Shown: positions 47,079-55,476 of the stretch, piece by piece | How positions within the stretch are numbered: position 1 is the stretch's first letter | Layout of the letters: every line of letters starts with the position of its first letter | Source of the DNA: Patescibacteria group bacterium | Lineage (GTDB): Bacteria > Patescibacteriota > Patescibacteriia > UBA9934 | NCBI GenBank assembly: GCA_041660165.1 | Contig: JBAZWW010000004.1 | Span: 14,839 to 78,838 of the forward strand | Direction of reading: 5' to 3' | Length of the DNA stretch: 64,000 nt | Notes under the pieces: generated by a model | What the model saw: only the letters and a program-made list of their open reading frames with translations | What the model was told of the DNA's origin: nothing | Database searches by the model: none | Position numbers and translations under genes: made by a program

Positions 47079-47148
47079 CCCCCTCTAACCCTTCCCCTCT
47101 CAAGCATCTCATGCTACCCTCGTTCGGTAACAACTGGTAGAAATAATT

Positions 47149-48675
47149 ATGCTTATCCCCCTCATTTTAGCTCTCGGGGGGTTGGTACTTGGCAGCGCTG
47201 TAGGATATTTTGTCCGCGCCACAATCGTCAAAAACCAAACAAACTCCGCCGAGGCACGTGCCGTAAGAATCTTAGAAGAAGCGAAAGATAAGGAACAAAA
47301 GATCATCATTGAAGGTAAGGAAAAGGCCATTGGGTTCATTGAAGAAGGCAAGAAAGAACTTCAGGAAAAGGAGAAGGACATCCGCGCTACTCAGGAACGC
47401 CTCACAGAACGTGAGCGCCTTTTTGATAAAACGCTGTTGGATTTCGAGACCAGAAAAGCTCAACTTGACGATTACAAGTCAAAGCTTGAAACCGCCAAAG
47501 CCAAAATTGATGAGGTCAGAGCTGCGGCCGATACGAAACTCGAAGAGGTGGCCGGTATGGGCAAAGAAGCCGCCCTCCAAGTAATCATGGACCGCGTGGA
47601 GGTGGAGCAACAGGACTCGCTCATGAGTTTGATCCGCAAGTATGACCAGCATTCTGAAGAAGAACTTGAAAATCATGCCCGCAAGATCCTGTCCCTCGTC
47701 ATCCAGCGTTTTGCGTCGAGCCAGGTTGTTGACGCAGCTACCACCTTCGTTCAATTAACGAGTGAGGACATGAAGGGCCGAATCATCGGCAAAGAAGGCC
47801 GTAATATTAAAGCTATCGAGCATCTAACCGGCTGTGAATTGATCGTGGATGACACGCCGGGCATGATCACCATCTCCGGCTTCTCCCCCGTCAGACGCCA
47901 GGTGGCTAAGCGAGCGCTTGAAATCCTGATGAAAGACGGCCGTATCCAACCGGCCAAGATTGAGGACGCCGTGAAAGAATCGAAGAATGACCTCGCCAAG
48001 GAGATGCGCAAGGCCGGTGAGGACGCACTGTATGAACTCGGCATTCCGGTTTCATCTATTGATCCGAAGCTGGTCTCGATTCTCGGCCGTTTGAAATACA
48101 GAACAAGCTACGGTCAGAACGTGTTGCAACATTCTATTGAGGTGGCCCGCATCTCCGGCATGATTGGCGAAGAGCTGGGCATGGATCCATTCCCCCTGAA
48201 GAAAGGCGGACTTTTCCATGACATTGGCAAGGCCGTAGACCATGACATGCAGGGCGCGCACCCGCAGATTGGCTACAACATCATGAAAAAGTTTGGCTTC
48301 CCGGAAGAGATGGCCTACCAGTCCATTGCTCACCATGAGGACAGGCCGAGGACGATCGAAGGAGTCGTGGTCAAGGCGGCTGACGCCATTTCTGGCGCTC
48401 GCCCTGGTGCTCGCCGAAACTCTGTTGAGGAATACTTGCAACGTCTCCAAAATCTTGAAATGACCGCTGCCGGTTTCCCAGGCGTGGAAAAGGCCTATGC
48501 CATCCAGGCTGGCCGAGAAGTCCGCGTCTTTGTTGAACCAACTGAAATCGATGACTTCAAGGCCTATGAGCTGGCCCGCGACATTGCCAAAAAAATTGAG
48601 GCTGAACTGACCTATCCTGGCGAGGTGAAGGTGACGGTTATTCGGGAGACCAGGGTGATCGAGTTTGCACGATAG
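47149..48675 (+). CDS. rny: ribonuclease Y
   Basis: N-terminal transmembrane helix, coiled-coil, KH domain (…GRIIGKEGRNIKAIE…) and an HD domain (…HSIEVA…GLFHDIGKA…). Confidence 0.9.
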   Translation: MLIPLILALGGLVLGSAVGYFVRATIVKNQTNSAEARAVRILEEAKDKEQKIIIEGKEKAIGFIEEGKKELQEKEKDIRATQERLTERERLFDKTLLDFETRKAQLDDYKSKLETAKAKIDEVRAAADTKLEEVAGMGKEAALQVIMDRVEVEQQDSLMSLIRKYDQHSEEELENHARKILSLVIQRFASSQVVDAATTFVQLTSEDMKGRIIGKEGRNIKAIEHLTGCELIVDDTPGMITISGFSPVRRQVAKRALEILMKDGRIQPAKIEDAVKESKNDLAKEMRKAGEDALYELGIPVSSIDPKLVSILGRLKYRTSYGQNVLQHSIEVARISGMIGEELGMDPFPLKKGGLFHDIGKAVDHDMQGAHPQIGYNIMKKFGFPEEMAYQSIAHHEDRPRTIEGVVVKAADAISGARPGARRNSVEEYLQRLQNLEMTAAGFPGVEKAYAIQAGREVRVFVEPTEIDDFKAYELARDIAKKIEAELTYPGEVKVTVIRETRVIEFAR

Positions 48676-48699
48676 CGCCGTCGTCATACCGAGTACCGT

Positions 48700-48790
48700 T
48701 GTCATCTCGAGGCCGTCCGACGGCCGAGAGATCTGAATTGGTCGGCGCCAATCAGATCCCTCCTATCGTCGGGATGACACAAACCAATCA
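48700..48790. repeat. intergenic structured repeat, copy 2 (between rny and hup)
   Basis: ggccgtccgacggcc … gccaatcagatccctc … tcgggatgaca blocks plus an internal hairpin gatctgaattgg/ccaatcagatc. Confidence 0.55.
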
Positions 48791-48843
48791 GATTCTGGCT
48801 AAGACTTGCACGATTTCGGTCATTGGGCTAACATAAGCCCATT

Positions 48844-49155
48844 ATGAACAAAGCAGAACTTGCGCTCAAACTTTCTGAGCGCCTTGATATCCCAAAAAAG
48901 TTAGCGGAAGACATGTTGGAAAACTTTGAAAACCTCGTGGTTTCGGCCCTTGTAGCCGGCGATGAGGTAACGATTGCCGGCTTCGGCACGTTCTCCGCAC
49001 GCATCCGCACCGCCCGCATGGGTGTGAACCCGCGCAACCCGTCAGAGAAGATTAAGGTGCCAGAAGTCCGCGTGCCAAAGTTCAAAGCAGGCAAGGGCCT
49101 CAAGGACGCGCTCAAGAAGTCTACAAAGACCGCCGAGCCCGTTCCCACCGTGTAA
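48844..49155 (+). CDS. hup: DNA-binding protein HU
   Basis: MNKAELALKLSE…GFGTFSARIR…RNPSEKIKVP: HU/IHF family signature, with a Lys-rich C-terminal extension. Confidence 0.9.
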   Translation: MNKAELALKLSERLDIPKKLAEDMLENFENLVVSALVAGDEVTIAGFGTFSARIRTARMGVNPRNPSEKIKVPEVRVPKFKAGKGLKDALKKSTKTAEPVPTV

Positions 49156-49250
49156 GGTAGGGTTTAAAACCCTACCTTACATGCAAGAAGATCCGCGTTC
49201 CCCAGGGGACGCGGATCTTTCGTTCTGCGAGTCGCCGAGCGGACCTCGGC

Positions 49251-49718
49251 TTACGCGTTCGTGGCGGATTCGGCGGTCAGCTGGCGGAGCATCGGCTGAG
49301 CGCATTCCTGAACATCATGCCAGGCGTGGAACAACTCATGGAAATCGCCAGCCAACACTGGCCGAGGAAGGCCGAGATATTCCTCAAGTGCTCCGGGAGA
49401 CGAGTACTTCAGCGCCGCTTCGTACTTTCTCTTGAACTCGACGAGTATCTCGCTTACACCGAGACCGTCTGTCATGAGGATGATGCCGGCCCGGTACCAG
49501 CGAAGTCTGTCCGCGCCGTACTCGATCACACCCTCCGCCTCCAGAATGTCAGCGCTGTCAGCGGTCATAGGATCGCCCTCCATGCGCGTCTTCTCCGCCT
49601 TGATCACGCGAACCATGCGGTCGAATTCCTCCACCTTTCCCGCGAACGCCGTCTCGTCATACTCGCACATCTCCAGCACCAACCACAATGGCAGGCGCCC
49701 CTGTTCCTCAGTCTTCAT
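49251..49718 (-). CDS. hypothetical protein (high-GC)
   Basis: 155 aa; its start overlaps the stop of the upstream co-oriented ORF by ATGA. Confidence 0.4.
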   Translation of the reverse strand: MKTEEQGRLPLWLVLEMCEYDETAFAGKVEEFDRMVRVIKAEKTRMEGDPMTADSADILEAEGVIEYGADRLRWYRAGIILMTDGLGVSEILVEFKRKYEAALKYSSPGALEEYLGLPRPVLAGDFHELFHAWHDVQECAQPMLRQLTAESATNA

Positions 49719-50089
49719 GAAGCCTCCCTTGTTAGCTCTTTGCTCATCTTCAAAATGTCAGCCCACACGTCGCGGATGGGCGCATGCGAATCATCCGCCG
49801 GAGGCTTCTGAGCCAGGATGTCCTTCGTCTGCTTCGGGGTCTTCCCCGCCGAACGAATCATCACCCTGAGCTCGGCCACTAGACTCATGAATTCGTCAGA
49901 TGACCGAAGCGCCAGGTCTCGCTCCAAGCGCGAAACGTGATCCCTGTGGCCCTGAACGAACTGATCGCGATTCTGCACAGCCTTCTCGAGTTCGATCCGA
50001 GCGAAACCAAGATGACGCTGAAGCGCAATCTCAGTCATCCCCGGAAACTCAAACGAAAGTACGACATCCACTGAAAGCGGACTAGACAT
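49715..50089 (-). CDS. hypothetical protein (high-GC; start uncertain)
   Basis: It is translationally coupled to 49251-49718. The ORF-track start at 50185 would overlap proS by 67 nt, so an internal Met is preferred. Confidence 0.35.
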   Translation of the reverse strand: MSSPLSVDVVLSFEFPGMTEIALQRHLGFARIELEKAVQNRDQFVQGHRDHVSRLERDLALRSSDEFMSLVAELRVMIRSAGKTPKQTKDILAQKPPADDSHAPIRDVWADILKMSKELTREAS

Positions 50090-50118
50090 GAGCCCTCCAA
50101 AACGAACCGGAGGCCACT

Positions 50119-51375
50119 CTACAGCTTTGGCAGAATCTCGCCAAGCGGGACAATAGAAGCCTCTGAACTGGCCCGATCCTTCCATTCCACACCCCCGGCG
50201 GCTAATGATTTCTCAGAAATGACTAATCTGACCGGTACGCCAATGAGATCAGCATCCGCAAACTTCTCGCCTGCTCTCATATCTTTGCGATCATCAAATA
50301 AAACTTCCATCCCAGCTGACTGGATACTCGCATAAAGCTCATTGGCCGTTTCCCAAATCTTGGCCGTTGCCTCCTCAGTCTTGGCTGATAAAGCAACCAG
50401 GTGAATACCAAAAGGCGCCACGGACTTGGGCCAAAGGATCCCACGCTCGTCATTAAATTTCTCAACGATCACGCCCATCACTCGAGAAATACCAATGCCG
50501 TAGCAACCCATAATCGGATATTGCTCCTGGTCATTCTCGTCTTTATAGGCAAGTTTGAAATCTTTCCCGTATTTATCGCCCAAATCAAACACGTTGCCTA
50601 CTTCAGAAGCTCGGGCTTGGGCGAGTGTTCCCTTCGAGCATTTAGGGCAAGTGTCCCCCGCTTTCACTTTGGCAATCTCCGTATTCACGCAAAACTCGCA
50701 CACGTCACAATAAAGAATATCGTCCTCTCCGGCATCTGTCAGCACCATGAACTCATAGGAAATCTTGGTACTAAACGCTCCCCCGCTCGCTTCCGTCACC
50801 TTTGCCGTTAGGCCAAGCCGGGAATAAATCTTGAGGTACGCCTCTTTGGCACGTTCGTAAAATTTGTCGAAGTCTGCCTGATCGCGGTGAAAGCTATACA
50901 TGTCTTTCATAAAAAACTCACGTCCGCGCATGAGGCCGGACTTGGCTCGCAACTCATCACGAAATTTCCAGTGAATTTGGTAAACGGCCACGGGGAAATC
51001 CTTATACGAGGTCGCCCTCGAGAGCACGAGCGGGGTCACAATCTCTTCTTCGCTCTGGCCAAGCGCGTATTCCTTTTCTGTTCTACTCGCAATCTTAAAA
51101 AGCACGTCAATGTTGTCCCAGCCTCCCGTGACTTCCCAGTTCGCCTTTGGATGAAGCATGGGCATCAGCACTTCCTGCCCGCCAATAGCGTCCATCTCCT
51201 CTCGCGCTATATTCTCGATCTTTCTCAGTACTCGCAAACCCATTGGTAAATAGCTATACACGCCAGCCATCAACTGATCCACAAAACCCGCTTGAGTTAA
51301 CAAGCGAGCGTTGATCGTTTCCGCATCAGCCGGGGCATTCCTCACCGTTTTCGTGAAAAGTTGGGAGTACTTCAT
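50119..51375 (-). CDS. proS: prolyl-tRNA synthetase (short, insertion-domain-less type)
   Basis: Class II motifs (…FRDELRAKSGLMRGREF… motif 2; …GCYGIGISR… motif 3); 418 aa. Confidence 0.9.
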   Translation of the reverse strand: MKYSQLFTKTVRNAPADAETINARLLTQAGFVDQLMAGVYSYLPMGLRVLRKIENIAREEMDAIGGQEVLMPMLHPKANWEVTGGWDNIDVLFKIASRTEKEYALGQSEEEIVTPLVLSRATSYKDFPVAVYQIHWKFRDELRAKSGLMRGREFFMKDMYSFHRDQADFDKFYERAKEAYLKIYSRLGLTAKVTEASGGAFSTKISYEFMVLTDAGEDDILYCDVCEFCVNTEIAKVKAGDTCPKCSKGTLAQARASEVGNVFDLGDKYGKDFKLAYKDENDQEQYPIMGCYGIGISRVMGVIVEKFNDERGILWPKSVAPFGIHLVALSAKTEEATAKIWETANELYASIQSAGMEVLFDDRKDMRAGEKFADADLIGVPVRLVISEKSLAAGGVEWKDRASSEASIVPLGEILPKL

Positions 51376-51468
51376 ATTGCGAATAAGTCTAACGGAAAGA
51401 AGAAATAAAACAAGGGTTAGAAAAGGTTATCAGAAGCCCTTTCTCACCCTCTATAACCCTCTCTTTCA

Positions 51469-51690
51469 CTACGGGGTCACTTGAATAACACTCCCCGCGA
51501 TATGCGCAATAATCAGCACCACGCCAATTCCCATGATCACAAGCGCAATCTGGAAAACCATCTTTGCATCTTTGTCATCCGTCACAAAACCGATAAAAAT
51601 GTACGCGGCGAAGCCGAGAATAAGGGCGAGCGGAACACCCGCTAAAACGATACCGGCGAGTAATAAGAGAGACATAGGATTTATTCCCAT
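51469..51690 (-). CDS. small membrane protein
   Basis: 73 aa with two transmembrane helices. Confidence 0.35.
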   Translation of the reverse strand: MGINPMSLLLLAGIVLAGVPLALILGFAAYIFIGFVTDDKDAKMVFQIALVIMGIGVVLIIAHIAGSVIQVTP

Positions 51691-51978
51691 CCCGACCCTG
51701 AGTTTGACGAAGGGGAGGGATAGTATTGGATGTTATTGGAACGTTTGTCTCACAGTATATCAGAAAACCCTCCGCGCTTGGCACGGAAGGTTTATTCAAG
51801 GGCACGCGGGCCCTCTACACAGTCCAAACATTCGGGCGTCTCTTCTGCGCCGAACGCTTGTACCGCCGGTACGTTTCCAAACCCTTCATCAGCAAGTACT
51901 GCTGACGTTCGATCAAGATCCCCACGAGACGACCAATGACAAACGCCGGACTCGTACGCATGGGACACCTCCTAGTCG

Positions 51979-52425
51979 TTAACTCGGCCTACGTCTCACC
52001 TGCGCAGACAAACGGATGAAGTCCTCAAGCGCGCCTATAAAAAGAGGCTCGACCTTACGCCATTCCTCCTCCGAAATCACAATCATCTCGGAAGGAGGGT
52101 CAGTCCACATGAGGATCCGTGGTTCAGTTGTACCGAGCGTCAACTTCAGAGGCGCCCTCCCCACCCCTCCCCCTCCGTCCGGAGGCGGACCATCGAACAG
52201 CGCCTCACGCAGACGAATGAGGGTATGTTGCAATGCGACAATGGTGATGAGGATCGTGGTAACCGGGACAATATGCGCATCGTCCGGGTAGTAGCGCTCG
52301 AAGAGAACGGCGAGCAGGAAAAAGAAGATCCCCTGGCCCGCAATCAACAGCGACCCAATAAACCGCCGCCGAACATTAGCATTGCTCTTAAGACCACGAA
52401 TCAAAGCCCGAACGGACTGGCGCAT
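51979..52425 (-). CDS. hypothetical membrane protein
   Basis: 148 aa, N-terminal transmembrane helices, high GC. Confidence 0.4.
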   Translation of the reverse strand: MRQSVRALIRGLKSNANVRRRFIGSLLIAGQGIFFFLLAVLFERYYPDDAHIVPVTTILITIVALQHTLIRLREALFDGPPPDGGGGVGRAPLKLTLGTTEPRILMWTDPPSEMIVISEEEWRKVEPLFIGALEDFIRLSAQVRRRPS

Positions 52426-52464
52426 GGAACCCCCTGAGAATAGTTTAGCAGAAAATCAGAAGCC

Positions 52465-52497
52465 CCGATCGAACAGCGGTTCGCGGGGCTCGGACGG
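52465..52497 (-). terminator. intrinsic terminator (repeat family copy 1)
   Basis: On the minus strand, a gccccgcgaaccgctgttcgatcggggc hairpin is followed by TTCTGATTTTCT. It is about 90% identical to 52838-52877. Confidence 0.55.
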
Positions 52498-52524
52498 AAA
52501 CATGAAACTCGGTCTCGACAAACG

Positions 52525-52779
52525 CTAGACACCGTTAGTCGGATAGCGCAACCGACGAAGCATGGTGAGAACGCGGATCTGCATGCCCACAAGGGGAATC
52601 CCCGCTACACCGGCACCCACCATTGGAAGACCCAAGAGCCAGCCAGCGTGGTACATAATTGATCCACCAATCACCAAGAACAACCAATACGTGATGGCCA
52701 TTCCGAGCAAGGCGTAAAGGATCAAGAAGTAACGCCGAAGAATCTTCTCTTTCGTTACCGGAGTGGATGATTGAGACAT
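52525..52779 (-). CDS. small membrane protein
   Basis: 84 aa with two transmembrane helices; followed by a hairpin terminator. Confidence 0.35.
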   Translation of the reverse strand: MSQSSTPVTKEKILRRYFLILYALLGMAITYWLFLVIGGSIMYHAGWLLGLPMVGAGVAGIPLVGMQIRVLTMLRRLRYPTNGV

Positions 52780-52837
52780 GCAACCTCCTATGGTCGAGGA
52801 TACTCAGACACGGCTATCCCGTCAAAAACCACGAGCC

Positions 52838-52877
52838 CCGGACGAACAGCGGTTCGCGGGGCTCGGACGGGAGGCTG
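52838..52877 (-). terminator. intrinsic terminator (repeat family copy 2)
   Basis: gccccgcgaaccgctgttcgtccggggc hairpin followed by TCGTGGTTTTTGA on the minus strand. Confidence 0.55.
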
Positions 52878-52885
52878 ATGAATGA

Positions 52886-53149
52886 CTAGTCGTCGAACTC
52901 GGGTTCGTCCCGGTCGGGGAGCACGTCATTCAGGTGAATGGCCAGGCGGATGGACGGGATCAAGAGCAGGACCCCACCGCCAAGCGCCGTCATGATTATG
53001 CCAGTAGCTGAGCCAACCATGATGATGGCCTGGCCCAGGCTGAGCAGGCCAAGCGCCAGGAGGCCAAACAACCAGACCACTGTACAGTCAACCCAGCGGT
53101 CAAGACGATAGTGCTCATCCGCTGACAGCGATTCCCAGAGTTGGTACAT
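52886..53149 (-). CDS. small membrane protein
   Basis: 87 aa with two transmembrane helices and an acidic C-terminus. Confidence 0.35.
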   Translation of the reverse strand: MYQLWESLSADEHYRLDRWVDCTVVWLFGLLALGLLSLGQAIIMVGSATGIIMTALGGGVLLLIPSIRLAIHLNDVLPDRDEPEFDD

Positions 53150-53483
53150 GGCTACTCCAGCGCTTTCTTAGCCCGCGCCCGGCGAGCCAGGGTTTCAGCA
53201 AAGAGCGCCAGCTCCTCGAAATCCTTTGGATCCTCGAAGGAACTCATGGCTGCGGAGACACGCTCCTCCGTTGTAACGTGGAGGGGCGCGATCCTTGCAA
53301 TCGTCACGCCCCGCGCAATCAGCACAGGACACTCCCCTCGGCCAGCAATCACCACAAACGGCACCCGACCCTCATCCATGAAACACCCCCGAAAAAAAAT
53401 GGAACCGCCAAGGCTCGGCGGATAGTAGAGAAAAAATGATGTTTCGTCAAAAAACAAAACACCCGCTTTCACGGATGTGTTGT

Positions 53484-53559
53484 TGGTGCACCGGGCGGGA
53501 CTCGAACCCGCGACCAATAGATTAAGAGTCTACTGCTCTACCAGCTGAGCTACCGATGC
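53484..53559 (-). tRNA. tRNA-Lys (anticodon CTT)
   Basis: The reverse complement folds as a cloverleaf: acceptor gcatcgg/ccggtgc, D-arm agctcagctggtagagc, anticodon loop cuCTTaa, T-arm ggttcgagtcc, and an encoded CCA. Confidence 0.8.
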
Positions 53560-53627
53560 ATGCTCGGCGGAAAGTATGCCAAATGCTTTGACGCTGGTCA
53601 AGATTTTTGCTAGTATTCAGGGGTTAT

Positions 53628-53704
53628 GCGGTGTTAGCTTAGCTGGATAGAGCATCTGCCTTCGAAGCAGAGGGTCGGGGGTTCGAATCCCTCACACCGC
53701 ACCA
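53628..53704 (+). tRNA. tRNA-Arg (anticodon TCG)
   Basis: Acceptor gcggtgt/acaccgc, D-arm tagcttagctggatagagc, anticodon stem tctgc/gcaga with loop cuTCGaa, T-arm ggttcgaatcc, and an encoded CCA. Confidence 0.8.
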
Positions 53705-53738
53705 AAAATGCCCATGCGTTACGCAGGGGCATTTTTTG
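53703..53738. terminator. bidirectional intrinsic terminator
   Basis: aaaaatgccc-atgcgttacgcag-gggcatttttt: a hairpin flanked by an A-tract and a T-tract. Confidence 0.6.
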
Positions 53739-53789
53739 TATTATCAGATGCGCTTCCCCCTCCTCGCAGAGGAGGGGGCTAGGGGGAGG

Positions 53790-54482
53790 CTACCACCCCT
53801 TCGCTTTTATCCCCGCCTCAGCTGCCGCTACTTGAGCTTCTTGTTTACTTGACCCTTCAGCTTGCGCCACGAGATCCTTACCGAGGTACACGCCGATGAC
53901 AAAAATCTTGGCATGATCCGGGCCGGTCTCACTCAGCACTTTATAGTTTGGCGTGATGCCGAGTTTTGACTGAGAGGCTTCTTGGAAAACACTCTTGGGG
54001 TCAGCGTAGAGCCGCTTCTCGATAATATTCGGCAATTGCGACAAAACATTCTTCGTGATGAAAACCCGAGATTCCTCCCAACCGAAATCTAGATAGATCG
54101 CACCAATGATCGCCTCCATGGCGTTGGCCAAAATATACCGGCGAGCTTTGGAGTTCACATCGCGCTCCTCACCCCTCGACAAATACATGTACGGCTCGAC
54201 CCCGAGGTTCTTGCAAATCTCGGCAAGCGAATCACCGTTCACGAGAGCGGAACGCCAGGTGGTCAAATCTCCTTCCGGGTTCTCGTAGTTGTTGTAGAGG
54301 TACTCGGTGACGACGAGTTCTAAAACGGCGTCCCCGAGAAACTCCAAACGTTCATTGTGGGCGAGCGGAAAATCCGGATGCTCGTTCAGATATGATCGAT
54401 GCACTACGGCTTGCTCCAGGTGTCCGTCTGCCTTGAATGGAACAAGAATCTTCTCGGCCAACTCTTTGATATTCTTCTCCAT
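53790..54482 (-). CDS. rnc: ribonuclease III
   Basis: RNase III signature ERLEFLGDAVLELVV and a C-terminal dsRBD. Confidence 0.9.
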   Translation of the reverse strand: MEKNIKELAEKILVPFKADGHLEQAVVHRSYLNEHPDFPLAHNERLEFLGDAVLELVVTEYLYNNYENPEGDLTTWRSALVNGDSLAEICKNLGVEPYMYLSRGEERDVNSKARRYILANAMEAIIGAIYLDFGWEESRVFITKNVLSQLPNIIEKRLYADPKSVFQEASQSKLGITPNYKVLSETGPDHAKIFVIGVYLGKDLVAQAEGSSKQEAQVAAAEAGIKAKGW

Positions 54483-54484
54483 AA

Positions 54485-54967
54485 TTATTTAACGATTACC
54501 TCCTCGGACTTCTTCTTCTCCATCTCAACGTCAATCGGTTTCACAAAGCCGCTCTCAACAATGTCCTTATACACCGCGCCAAGGACGCCATTCACAAACT
54601 TACCAGACGCATCTCCGCCAAACGTCTTGCCGAGTTCGATTGCTTCATTGATAGCAACTTTTGACGGAATAGTTTCGTCGAGTTTCAACTCGTACACGCC
54701 TAACCTGAGCACGTTTCGATCAATCAACGTCATGGTATCAACGGTCCAATTTGGCGCAAACTTGTTCAGAATCTCATCTACCTCGCCCAACCGGCCAATA
54801 ATCGCCCTCACTTGGCGTTCTACGTAACCATCATCTTCAAAGTCCGGAGCGAACTCCACATGGACGAATCTAAAGATTTCGGGCAGTCGAGCATCTTCTC
54901 TGCCCCTAAAATCCCACTCGTAAAGGGCCTGCATGGCCATGGTTCTAGCTAAATGACGGTTTGACAT
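54485..54967 (-). CDS. nusB: transcription antitermination factor NusB
   Basis: …ARTMAMQALYEWDF… NusB fold signature; 160 aa; directly upstream of rnc. Confidence 0.85.
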   Translation of the reverse strand: MSNRHLARTMAMQALYEWDFRGREDARLPEIFRFVHVEFAPDFEDDGYVERQVRAIIGRLGEVDEILNKFAPNWTVDTMTLIDRNVLRLGVYELKLDETIPSKVAINEAIELGKTFGGDASGKFVNGVLGAVYKDIVESGFVKPIDVEMEKKKSEEVIVK

Positions 54968-55009
54968 ACGGGACTATCCTATCAAACTTTCGGCAAAATC
55001 TAAAACCGC

Positions 55010-55294
55010 CTACTTGGCGGTTTCAGTTTTTTCGTCAGTTATCTTCTTGGCCTTGGCTGTCTTAGGAGCCTTGACTGGCTTTTTGGCGGTCTTAGCCAAA
55101 ACTTTCTTCACCTCTTCCATGCCAGTCTTCTTGACCGAGCGATCTCCATACTTACCGCACTTCTTGCAAGCGCGGTGGCCAAGACCAATCGTGCCACAGG
55201 CTGGGCACGTCATGGTAGTGACGGCCTTAAGCGCATGGTGGGAACGACGACGGCGAACTTTTGAACGGGAGCTTCTAAATGACGGCAATGGCAT
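55010..55294 (-). CDS. rpmF: 50S ribosomal protein L32 with Lys-rich C-terminal extension
   Basis: MPLPSFRSSRSKVRRRRSHHALKA…CPACG…CKKCGKY resembles L32 (MAVPKRKTSKSRRDMRRSHDAL…C…C…C) plus a 40-aa K/A-rich tail. Start at the internal Met (55294). Confidence 0.7.
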   Translation of the reverse strand: MPLPSFRSSRSKVRRRRSHHALKAVTTMTCPACGTIGLGHRACKKCGKYGDRSVKKTGMEEVKKVLAKTAKKPVKAPKTAKAKKITDEKTETAK

Positions 55295-55299
55295 AAAAA

Positions 55300-55410
55300 G
55301 TAGATTTACACAGATTGAGATGACGCGACAGATGGAACACAGATCAGAATACTCGTAAATCTGTGTGAAATCTGTCCCGCTTTGGGATCTGTGTTCATTT
55401 GTGTTCAGCG
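55300..55410. promoter_or_regulatory. divergent promoter region with iterated cacagat / atctgtg half-sites
   Basis: There are at least 6 copies of ACAGAT or its complement ATCTGT(G) in direct and inverted orientation (cacagattgag, cgacagatgg, acacagatc, aatctgtgtg, aatctgtc, gatctgtgttc). They lie between rpmF (-) and 55477-56805 (+). Confidence 0.5.
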
Positions 55411-55476
55411 GAATAGTACAAAGATTGACCAAAACCGTCAAGAAGATTAGGCTAGAGGCCCGTTTTCCAAGGAGAA

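Noticed and set aside
53152-53517. 121-aa minus-strand ORF
   Set aside because: Its 5' third overlaps tRNA-Lys (53484-53559). At most a ~75-aa C-terminal ORF (from 53379) could be real, and that is unsupported.
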